Source: Lama guanicoe
Taxonomy: Eukaryota
Direction of reading: 5' to 3'
Length of the DNA: 64,000 nt
Assembly (NCBI GenBank): GCA_013239625.1
Contig: MU054204.1
Coordinates: 867,537 to 931,536, forward strand
How positions within the stretch are numbered: the stretch's first letter is position 1; each line of letters starts with the position of its first letter. Of this stretch, positions 1-9,648 are shown piece after piece. Below the pieces are notes generated by a model that was given only the letters and a program-made list of their open reading frames with translations, had not been told where the DNA came from and ran no database searches. A program made the translations under genes and the position numbers.

Positions 1-1305
1 TCTCTTCAGACTGGTGTATCAGCGTGTGTGTGTACAAGAAACCACTCTCCTGCTCACAGGTGATTTTCCTATGATTATACAAAGGTGACGTGCCCTTTCT
101 GCACATGCATGCGTGAGATAAGCCATAAGTAAAGGCAACTTTCATCCCAGCTCTGGCTGGAGACAGAGCACGTAGAAAGCTCACTGCCTCGCACAGTGGA
201 CACAGGTTAGAGGACGCTGTTAATGACAGTCGGTGTCCTGCACACTCATGGATGAAGCTCCAGGTGTGGATGACACACCTTCTGTGTTTCTATCCTGCAT
301 GCTCTGTGTGTGTGCACGTGTGGGTACAGGGGGGGCTCACCTTTCTGCCTACAGTGTGTTCGCGTGTGAGCACACAGAGAGGGAAAGACAAGGCTCCCTC
401 CCACACACAGCAGCGTGAACGGGAAAAACAGTAACTCCCTATCGATGGGAGGGTTAGGAAAGCTGATGGTAGCGGGACAAACAGCACAACAGGCTCCATC
501 TCCTGCCCTTGCTGCAAGTGGGAGTCTCAGCCCACAGGTCTACGTTGCTGAGCGTGTCTGGGAGGTGGGGGGGGGCAGGTTGAGAAATTCACTCTGGCGT
601 AACCTGCACGTCTTTGTGTTTGCAGAACGCGCACAAGGAACAGAGAAAATAGAGATCTCCTTCATTCCTCTGAATGGTGGCCTCTTAGTCCACAGCATCC
701 AAATGTCATAGTGTGTTTATTACCCCACCAGAATGGAAGGGTAGCAACTGTGTCCATTTTGATCTCTGCTACATTCTCTGTGATGACACAGTCCCTTGGC
801 ATCTAGTAGACCCTCAAGTATCTGGGGAAGGAAGGGAAAGGGGGAGGGAGAGTCGCCACACAGCAGCTCTGTCCATCTAAATGTAGACAATGCTCCTTCC
901 CTTGGAGTCCTCAATGGGGTCAGTGATTCAAGACAGCACCGGCTCCCAGACTGAATGAGGGAGGTGATGCACCTGGCCAGGCCCCCTTTGTGCCATGTGT
1001 CTGTGCATGTGCACCCAGCTGGGCCCTTCTCCTGCAGAGTGCATTTCTGTGGGACTGTACTGAGGTTGAGAAGATTTTCGTACACACAGCTGTCTGTGCC
1101 CAGGATGGGGAGTGACCATATCAAGCCCCATTGTGCAGGCTGCACATGTGGGTATGATGAATGAAAAGGAGTCCGTTCTCCACCCTGCAGAGAGGGGCCA
1201 GATGTGGCTCCTTCCCCTGTGGGCCAGCTGTCCAGCACAGCAGGAGGCAGTTGGAGAAAGGAAGGAAGGAGGTGGTAGAGGGGCTCCGTCCGAGGTGAAG
1301 ATGGT

Positions 1306-1389
1306 GCTCCCGCTCTCAGAATCCTTGCCCAGGTGCATTGCATTCAGAAAGCACTCTCACCCAGGTAGCAAGGATTAGAGAGGGGGAGC
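1306..1389 (-). ncRNA. MIR500: pre-miR-500 family hairpin (mir-500b position; arms identical to miR-500a)
   Basis: Reverse complement contains UAAUCCUUGCUACCUGGGUGAGA (1355-1377) and AUGCACCUGGGCAAGGAUUCUG (1317-1338), exact matches to recalled miR-500a-5p/3p. Loop is GUGCUUUCUGAAUGC. Confidence 0.93.
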
Positions 1390-1496
1390 CAGAAGAGAAG
1401 TTTCCAGCCCCTGCATGCCTGGCATGTGTGTTCCACAGGAAGGCTCACCATTCTTGCCCAGTGCATTTCCACAGGACTGAATTAAAATTAAGAGAT

Positions 1497-1565
1497 GGCT
1501 GTACACCAGAAATCAACACAATGTAACTGACTATACTTCAATTAAAAATAAATTTTAAAAATAAA
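1497..1565 (+). mobile_element. L1 extreme 3' end fragment
   Basis: GCTGTACACCAGAAAT...AACTGACTATACTTCAATT plus A-rich tail, shared with the other L1 3' ends in the window. Confidence 0.75.
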
Positions 1566-1919
1566 CTTTTTAAACAAGAGACAGTTCTATACATATCAGT
1601 GTGAGAACAGTAAGATGTGCCGCGTTTGTTTGTAAGTTGGGAGTAGGGTGGGTAGATAAGTCCCCTATGTGGCCCACTCACCCTCACACATGCACCCTCA
1701 CACATGACAAAGTCCTGCTCCCCTCCCTGGACTGTAAGACCCAGGAAGGGCAGGGGCCAAGTCTGTCTGGTCCATCTTCTGGGTCCCATGCCCAGCACAG
1801 TGCCTAATAAATATTATTTGTGGAAGTAAAGGATGAGTAAAGACCAGACGGCAGGCAGACATGCAGCAGGCAGCTGAGAGGTGATGTCCAGACCCTCTGT
1901 CCTGCTCCATGTAGAGCAG

Positions 1920-2004
1920 GCTCACTCTTGAGAATCTCTGCTCTGGTACACTGCACTCAGAAAATCCTCTCCCCCAGGGACAAAGGAGAGGAGGGGAACA
2001 GAGC
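1920..2004 (-). pseudogene. MIR501: Decayed mir-501 orthologue
   Basis: 1968-1989 matches the reverse complement of miR-501-5p at 19/22 (diagnostic CCAGGGACAAAGGA). 1931-1952 matches the 3p arm at 16/22. It lies between mir-362 and the second mir-500, as in human. Confidence 0.75.
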
Positions 2005-2679
2005 AGAAAGCGCCAGCACCTGCAGCCTGTATATGTCCAGATGTAACTATTTAACTCTCAGGGTCCCATCCCCACAATGCATCACTACATGCATTTAATA
2101 AGATCGACCCCTCTGCCAAGTATGCATATTTTCTCATCTTCATGCACAAGGTCACACGGCCATTCTCTCAGCTGAACCCTCTGAATATGGACTGTGAGCA
2201 GCCTCTTTTTCAGATGGTTTGTGAGAATCTGCAGGTGTCCAGGGGTTAACAGGAAGGCTGGGATGTTTTGTGGGGAGGCGGGGGGTGGTGCACACATGTG
2301 CACACACACGCTGGAGAATGGGACTACTCTATCCCCTTCCATTCCTCTGCTGAATTCTAAGCTCAGGGAGGGCAACAATGGCGAGTGTGAATCTCCTCAC
2401 CCCGCTGTATGTTTCCCCATTACAGGATCTGAACAGAGGAAGCTGGAATAAAGAGCAAGCTCATGCCCTGACATGGGTGTAAGCCTGTCCACGGGGAATG
2501 GTGCCCATTCTCCCACACATGTCCTCCAGAGAGCCCGGGGACCAGGATTCCATCTTATTTACCAGTGAATCTCTACCACCCAGTGCACTGTGCCTCATAG
2601 CAAACTCAAGTATTTGAAAGAAGGAGGGACGGTGGAAGAGGTGATGGACAGGTACTCGGTCCTTCTACATGCAGACAAG

Positions 2680-2763
2680 GCTCAGCCTCTTTGAATCCTT
2701 GAATAGGTGTGTTGCATCAGAACAGCACTCACACCTAGGTTCCAAGGATTCGAGAGGGGGAGC
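2680..2763 (-). ncRNA. MIR362: pre-miR-362
   Basis: Exact recalled miR-362-5p AAUCCUUGGAACCUAGGUGUGAGU (2727-2750) and 3p AACACACCUAUUCAAGGAUUCA (2692-2713). Confidence 0.97.
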
Positions 2764-3165
2764 AGACAAGAAGGCTCAGGCACCTGCCATGCGTGTGTGG
2801 CGGGGGGCTATGACAGAGTCTGGGTCTCATGTATATGCAGTGTCATTTATGAGTGATTGTACAGTGAGGCAGAAAATGTTTCATGTGAGATCAGAGAAGA
2901 TTCACTCTTTTGTGTATTTGTAGGTGACACCAGCAAAGAGAAGTCCACCCTGTGGCCCACCCACTCTCGGGGCAGGTGGGTATCATGTCTGATGAGGAAT
3001 TCTATTCTTCAATTGGAAGCCATGTGACGGTAGTGCCTGGCTTATGACTGCAGGCTCATCGCTCAGCTTAACACCAAGTATAGAAGAGGTGATCAATAAA
3101 TGTTGGTGGAATGGCTGGGAAGAGGCTGGAAGGGTGCTCTGTCCCATATGCAGATGAAGCATAAG

Positions 3166-3249
3166 GCTCTCACTCTCAGAATCCTTGCCCAGGTGCATTG
3201 CATTCAGACAGCACTCTCACCCAGGTAGCAAGGATTAGAGAGGGGGGCC
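3166..3249 (-). ncRNA. MIR500A: pre-miR-500a
   Basis: Exact 5p (3215-3237) and 3p (3177-3198) arms, loop GUGCUGUCUGAAUGC, ~0.5 kb upstream of mir-362 as in human. Confidence 0.95.
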
Positions 3250-3370
3250 CGCACAGAAGGCCCAGCGTGGGCTTCACAAGAGGGCTCACTCTTCCCTACA
3301 GAAGGTGCTTCCTTGTGATGATACAGAGGAGAGAGAAGGTTCTTGAGCATGTTAAAGATGTCTAGTTGAG

Positions 3371-3685
3371 GGTGGGGGGAGAGTATAGCTCAGTGGTAGA
3401 GCACGTGCTTAGCAGGCACGAGGTCCTGGGTTCAATCCTCAGCATTGCCATTACAAATAAGAAAATAATGCTGTACACCAGAAATTGACGCATTGTAAGT
3501 GATGATACTTCAATAAAAAAGAATATGAAAATGAATATATATTTATATGCATGACTGGGACATTATGCTGTACACTAGAAAGTGACACATTATAACTGAC
3601 TATATACTTCAATAAAATCAATAAATAAACCTAACTACCCTTCAAAATAAATAAATGAAATAAAATAAATAAAAACAAAAAAAAT
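3371..3685 (+). mobile_element. Vic-1-type tRNA-derived SINE with two L1 3'-end fragments nested in its A-rich linker
   Basis: SINE head 3374-3450, L1 ends ~3468-3520 and ~3521-3617, SINE tail AAATAAACCTAACTACCC. TSD TCTAGTTGAG at 3361-3370 and 3686-3695. Confidence 0.85.
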
Positions 3686-3869
3686 TCTAGTTGAGCACCT
3701 ACTTTGTCCTCTGAGATAACAACAACACAGCAACAAAAAAGTATAAACATACAAGGACAAAGAGACTGGGAGGAGAGAAGAGTGTGCGAGGAAAAGAGAG
3801 AATCAAAATATGTATCACCAAGGCTCTTTATCCCCTAAATCCTCCATGTGAACATGCGACCATATAGTT

Positions 3870-4210
3870 AAGTGTGGATGTTCTCAAATGTCAACACGCA
3901 TCAGAATCACCTGGAGAGCTTGGTATTAGACAGGTTAGAGAGTTCTGATTCCAGAGGCCATGAATTTGCATTTTTATCAGGTTCCCAGGAGCTGCTCCTG
4001 CCACTGGTTTGAGACTACAGTGATGTGGTGGGAAAACCCTGGACTCCGGCATCCACATAACCCTGGTTCAAATCCAAGTTCCACCACAAATTAACTTAGA
4101 GGATCAACACTTCTGAAAAATAGGGACAATGAAGCCTACCTCCTACTGGTGCCAAGAAAATGAAATAGGATGACAAATCAACACAAAGTGGAGCACAGCA
4201 CCTGGCCCAC
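3870..4210. mobile_element. MER5A-like hAT element followed by a MIR fragment
   Basis: GTTCTCAAA...GCATCAGAATCACCTGGAGAGCTT...TTTGCATTTTTA (MER5A-like), then GGTTCAAATCC...AAAATAGGGACAAT (MIR core). Confidence 0.6.
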
Positions 4211-4599
4211 GGCTATCAGGACCTGTACCTCCTACCCTTCACACATGTGTGTGTACTTGAATGAGTGTGCATTTCTAAGGGTGGGGTCACATGCAAGGGA
4301 CACTTGAGAGGGAAGAGGTCTGAATATCTGTGAGACTGAGTACCTGCCTGGGGGGAATTAAGAGATTCATTCTCTTGAATTCCTCGTGTCTACGTGAGTT
4401 GAGTCTGAGTCTCCCTCGATCTCCCTTATCAACAAAGTTCACACCCCATCGTATATAAAGAATATGAAGGAAAACATCAGAAGTTTCCCCCTCCTCTAAT
4501 CTGGGTGTGTGTATGCGTGAAGGGGAGGGGGGACAGGGGAAACCATGGCAACAAGATGTACCCTCACGCAAAGGTGGCATATGGGAATGGGTTTCTTTA

Positions 4600-4727
4600 A
4601 TATTTATTTATTTTTGGTTCTTGAGGGGGGGTAATCAGGTTTACTTATTTTCATGGGGTGCCAGGGATTGAACCCAGGACCTCGTGCATGCTAAGCATGC
4701 ACTCCACCACTGAGCTATACCCTCCCC
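4600..4727 (-). mobile_element. Vic-1-type SINE
   Basis: GGGATTGAACCCAGGACCTCGTGCATGCTAAGCATGCACTCCACCACTGAGCTATACCCTCCCC. Confidence 0.9.
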
Positions 4728-4896
4728 TCTACCCTGCTGCCCGCAGAATGGGGTTTAGAGAGCTCACTTTTCAACTGCAAGAGCACTGGAGTCCAAGGGC
4801 CTGTGGCTTCATACTGGGGATGCATCAGGCATGAAATTCTGCACTCAGGGGTGGGGTTAGTACATGCCAACCCCACAAGAGAATGAGGTAGCTCAG

Positions 4897-4978
4897 GCCT
4901 GCCCTCCTGAAAACCCTGCATGTTGGAGGGAGTTTTCGAAAGCTCCCCCTCCCCCAGGCCAGGGATGTGAGAAGCAGC
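4897..4978 (-). ncRNA. Candidate additional mir-188-like hairpin (functional or decaying)
   Basis: 5p-like 4947-4967 is 18/21 and 3p-like 4908-4928 is 19/21 identical to the mir-188 arms at 9375-9395 and 9337-9357, with a similar loop. Confidence 0.6.
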
Positions 4979-5775
4979 GGGTGAGATGGGTCACTCTCCC
5001 GAATGTTCCCCGTGCATGTATGTACCAGAGGTGAATGAGTCAGAGAGTGAACTCTGAGTGAGGGTCTGTGTGTGCATGGAGGGGGAGGAGAAAGAGAGAG
5101 AAAGAGAACAATACAAGTGAATGACTGTAGAACGGGGCATTTGCCCCTGTGAGTAGGAAACAGAAGGCTCCACCATCTTCCATCTCTGAACACCCACCTG
5201 CCTGTCTCTGCTGCACACTTGGCCACGTGTGGGCCTCCCATGCACGCTCACCCTCCTGTCTACCTTGCCTGTGTGTATGAGCATCTTGCGTCTGTGTATC
5301 TGTGCATGTGAGAGGGAGCATTAACAAGAGAGTGCAACTTCATTCAATTACCTCTCAAGGGAAGAACTGTGAGACAGCTCACTGCTCTTCCTGAGAGATG
5401 TGAGAGAGCAGGGTCAGGTCAGGAAGCGCCATCCCCGCTCACCTCGTCAGTGGGACTGTATACATGCAGGTCCACACCCGGACATGGATGCCTGCCCATC
5501 CTGGGAGGTGGGGCAGGGTGCTTGGCGACTGGAGACTACAGAGTATAAACTCATTTGCTGGCATGTGTGCACACCTGCACAAGGGGTACAAACGAGGTTC
5601 ATCCTCTATGTGACCACTAGCCAGTACACGCAGGAGAATATGAGTGTCCCATTCCCTGCTGGCACCCTACAGACAGTGGACCGTCTGGCACACAGTAGGA
5701 AGAAAGTAAATAATGGCAGGCAGGACAGAGAGGGAGGTGATGTACAGGCACGCTGCACTTCCATCTGCAGATTAG

Positions 5776-5860
5776 GCTCAGCCCGCTCTAAATCCCTGCA
5801 CAGGTACACTGCATGCAGAAAGCACTAGCAGCCAGGTACCAAGGATTAGAGACCAGGAGC
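5776..5860 (-). ncRNA. Candidate additional mir-500/502/362-family hairpin
   Basis: 5p-like AAUCCUUGGUACCUGGCUGCUA (5826-5847) and 3p-like AGUGUACCUGUGCAGGGAUUUA (5789-5810). The arms still base-pair. Confidence 0.6.
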
Positions 5861-6112
5861 AAAGGAGAGGGCTCCCAAAGGTGATGTGGGAGGAAAGACA
5901 GAAAAAGCATCACTTTTCCAGCCCACTGAACACATGGAGACAGGCTTAATAGGAGTGAGAAGTTTTATTCTCAGGCAGAAGCTCACATGACAGTAAGCCC
6001 AGGGCCCCTGATGCTTTACTTGGATTCCCAAATTCATGAGATGTTCAAAAGGATCTGTGCAAGGAATGAGAAGAGGTGATGGACAGACTCTCTGTTCTTC
6101 TCTGTGCAGAAG

Positions 6113-6196
6113 ACACTCACACTCTGAGTCCTTGCCCAGGTATACTGCACTGAAACAGCACCTGCATCTGGGTATTAAGATTAGAGAAGAGGGGAC
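6113..6196 (-). pseudogene. Diverged mir-500/502-family hairpin
   Basis: 3p-like AGUAUACCUGGGCAAGGACUCA (6125-6146) is 18/22 to recalled miR-502-3p. The 5p arm is eroded. It shares its downstream flank with mir-362. Confidence 0.6.
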
Positions 6197-6284
6197 AGAG
6201 CAGAAAACTTAGGGACCCACATAAGCAGTGTCAGCATAGGTGCCCAACTCATACGAAAAAAGAGGAAAGAGAACATTCAGTCTT

Positions 6285-8090
6285 TAACCCCTCTTTCCCT
6301 CATACCTGGCATCCACTATATTGGTAGATCCAATTGGTCCTAACTTTAAAATAGATCCATATCTAACCAGTTTTCACTGCCTTCACCACTACCATCACTA
6401 CCACCATGTCTCCGTCAATCTCTCATCCGAATTATTTCAGTGGCCTCCTAATTGTTCTCCCTGTTTCTGCACTTGCTTCCTTTTATTGTCTATTCACCAC
6501 ACAACAGTCAGAATGATACTTCTGAAACAAAAGTGTGTAAAACCCTGGTGATCTGACTTTGAATTGGAAGTGTAAGAATGAACTCATGTTTGATCTAGAA
6601 ACAAGACAAAGCAATAACAGCAAAATACTTTTTTTTTGTTCTGGTCATTGAAGAAGCCTGAAAACAGTAACCAATCCAGAGGCAATGAGCACCCCTAGGG
6701 TCTAGAATGTGGTCTCTAAATATCATGCCTAATAAAAGGAACCAAGGCTTAATGACAACATGGCAGATTCCAGCTCTCAGGAAGGAGATGGCCCAAGATA
6801 AGTCTGGAACAATTTTTCAACCCTGAAAGCAGAGAAGCTATTGAATAACTACTGGGGCCATGTAAAAAGAATTCAGGAACCAATGTGAAGAAGCTCTCCT
6901 GGCTAAAGATGGGATATTTGAGCTTTACTGAGGACAAGAACTGCAATAGAAAGATCAAATATATTTAAATCCATGAGCTTATCATATTAATTTTTAAAAT
7001 CACCTTTGGAGTAAGCTAGTAAGCCAACTCATTATTTTGAGTAATGACAAATAAAGAGAATCAAGCATTTATCCTGCCTTTCCAATAAAAACTGTACCAT
7101 TGGGCAATCAGACAGTAGTTCAAGGTAAGTTTTCCTTTATAGCAGTATTCCAAATGAAGAGAGAATAATGGAATTAGAATATCATCATTTTGAAAATCTA
7201 ATGAAATAAAGGCTCTAGGAATTGAGCATCAGTGGCAACTAACATCACAGCAGGAGAGACAACCAGTCATTATGTGCCTCTTGATGGAAGTACTTCTGTC
7301 CCCTTCCCCAAAATTAAGCCCGAATCTGATCAGGCTTCTAAATACAACTGTCAATTTACAGGAAATACAGACAAGGAAAGGAACACGTAAACTACACCAC
7401 AGGGATGCAATCAGAAAAATCCAGCCTGTGGGAAACTGTAGGAAATGGCATGCTTTCTTTCAACAAATAAATTACAAGCAAAGAAAACATATCAATGGAG
7501 GGGGAAAGTATAATTTAGAGACTTCAGATACCTGCCAACCAAATGCAATAAGTGGACTTTATTTGGATCTTAATTTATGGTATTCTTGAGACAACCAGAA
7601 AGTTGAACAATGAATATTTGATCACATTAAGAAATTACTATGATTAAGTATGATAATGGTGTTATGGTTATGATTTGCTTAAACAAGAGTCCTTATCTTC
7701 TAGAGATACGTCCTAATAATCAGTTTTCCATTTCCTTCATCATATCTTACTACTTCCCACCTCTCTGCTCCTGCCACAGTGGCCTCTTTGCTGTTCCTAA
7801 AACACAGTAGGACTTTCTTGATTGCCCTACCTGATCCTTAAACTTCTCACCACCATCACCACTGCCACTGCTCCATCCACTCTTCATCCCCTTTTCCTGC
7901 TTTATGATTCTCCAGGGCACTTGTCACCAATTGACACACTATGTACTTACTTTGTTCACCACCTGTCTACCCCCTACCATGCCTCAGGGCAGGAATTCTT
8001 GTCTTTTGATGACTGATGTATCCCTGGTGCATAGGAAACTGCCCAGCACAGAGTAGATGCTCAACAAATATTTGTGGAATGAATGAATGA
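6285..8090 (+). mobile_element. L2 (6285-6535 and 7730-8090) interrupted by an old L1M 3' fragment (6540-7710)
   Basis: L2 motifs CCTCCTAATTGTTCTCCCTG...CAGAATGAT and terminal GCTCAACAAATATTTGTGGAATGAATGAATGA. The middle resembles an L1MC/ME 3' UTR. Confidence 0.65.
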
Positions 8091-8319
8091 CTCACTGGAT
8101 AAGTCAGTGGCAAATCCTGCATCTGGGAGGAGAAGAGAGAAAGCTCACACTCTGATTCACGTCTATGTGAACATCTAAGAAAAAGGACCTTCATGTGCCT
8201 TCTTGTGCAAATAAGTGCATTTAGGAAGGCATGGGATAGTGAAGGAATCCCACTTCCTGCGCCCTGTGTGTGTGTATATATGTACACTTCCGTATGTGTT
8301 AAGGAGCATTTACTTCTTT

Positions 8320-8448
8320 CTTGTTTGTTTGTTTGGCGGGGGGAGGTAATTAGGTTTATTTATTTGTACAGGAGGTATTGGGGATTGAACTCAGGACCTC
8401 GTGCATGCTAAGCATATGCTCTACCACTGAGCTGCACCCTCCCCCCGA
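8320..8448 (-). mobile_element. Vic-1-type SINE
   Basis: SINE body with 15-bp TSD AGCATTTACTTCTTT (8305-8319 / 8449-8463). Confidence 0.92.
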
Positions 8449-8664
8449 AGCATTTACTTCTTTATTTCCCTTGCACACTGGATTTGTGGGAATTAGCTAG
8501 AAGGCTCCCTTACCATCACACCCCAGGTATAGGAATCCTGAGAAGGCTCTCCCCTGTCCCCTTGCTAGGTGCTGACAAGGAAGGAACAGGTCAAAAGACT
8601 CACCCTCCTTCTAAGTTGTCTTCATTGCTGAGTGTGAGGACCTACACTTTGTACAAGATAAAGC

Positions 8665-9161
8665 TGTGAATGAAAAATACTGCCTGCCGTATGAGTAAAC
8701 AAAGGATGCTGCGACCATCAAGTCATCAGCCACTACTGCTGCCCCCCAACAGTGAACGGGAGGGAATTCAGGATGGTGACAAGCAGGCAGCCCAGCCTCT
8801 GCTGTCACCCCCAATGGTGCCCCCTGAGGGAACTCATGATGGGAAAGAACAGGATACTGGCCTTAGATAGCTAAGGAATGATTTCAGTGAGTCCAGACTT
8901 TTGCATCTTCCTGTACACAAAAGAGTGCTACATTCCTTGAGATGTCTGGTTTTCTTTAATTAACAGTCATCTTTTGATGTTCCAACTACCCAGTCTTTAT
9001 TGCAAAAATTTCTACATATCCTGGCTCCTCCCCTGTCTCTTCAGAGCAGTCTCTCAGAGCAATCTGAGAGGCCACATCCTGGGCTTAAGTCCTCAGAAAT
9101 GTCTGCCAAATAAAAACGATAACTATCAACTTTTAGGTTGAGCATTTCTTTTCAGTTGACA
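8665..9161 (+). mobile_element. Solo ERV1-class LTR (MER41-like)
   Basis: TG...CA termini with imperfect inverted ends TGTGAATGAAAA / TTTTCAGTTGACA, flanks AAGC/AAGG, AATAAA at 9109-9114, ~500 bp long. Confidence 0.75.
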
Positions 9162-9324
9162 AAGGTCAGAGAAAATTCCCTCTCCTGCCAGATCTATGAA
9201 TGACTGAGATGGGAGAAAGGACACTGGGCAGAGGGTCATTCTCCTTCCCACTGGTGTATGTCTGTCTTTTTGGAAGATGTGTGTACGTGTATGCGCACAT
9301 GCACAAGAGAGCAAGGAAAGCTGA

Positions 9325-9409
9325 GGCTCACCATCCTGCAAACCCTGCATGTGGGAGGGGTTTCCAGAAGCTCACCCTCCACCATGCAAGGGATGTGAGA
9401 GAGGGAGCA
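9325..9409 (-). ncRNA. MIR188: pre-miR-188
   Basis: Exact recalled miR-188-5p CAUCCCUUGCAUGGUGGAGGG (9375-9395) and 3p CUCCCACAUGCAGGGUUUGCA (9337-9357). Confidence 0.97.
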
Positions 9410-9648
9410 GGGAAAGGCACACTCTCTTGGCACAAGGTGTGGGTTCACGCTAGAAAGCAAGGTGCACCAGCGTGGGGGAGTCCTGGCGGGTGAGCCAGGA
9501 GGGGCGCACAGGGAATGGGACAGTCATCCAGAGAGGGGTTTGGTGTTGCACACACAGGGCTTATGAGGGAGGGGGCTACATCAAGACCTCAATCGCCTGC
9601 GGTGTGTATGTGTTTGCACTCGTGCTTGTGCACAGGAGAGGAAGGGGA

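Noticed and set aside
432..455. Short inverted repeat TAACTCCC...GGGAGGGTTA
   Set aside because: Too short for a pre-miRNA. It is explained by the self-complementary array unit.
1..1300. mir-660 and mir-502
   Set aside because: No match to miR-660-5p (CAACTCCGATATGCAATGGGTA on +) or to an intact mir-502. By human spacing they lie left of the window.
720..1343. 207-aa minus-strand ORF and overlapping ORFs
   Set aside because: Starts inside the mir-500 hairpin and runs through degenerate repeat. No recognisable domain, and open frames are expected in this stop-poor sequence.
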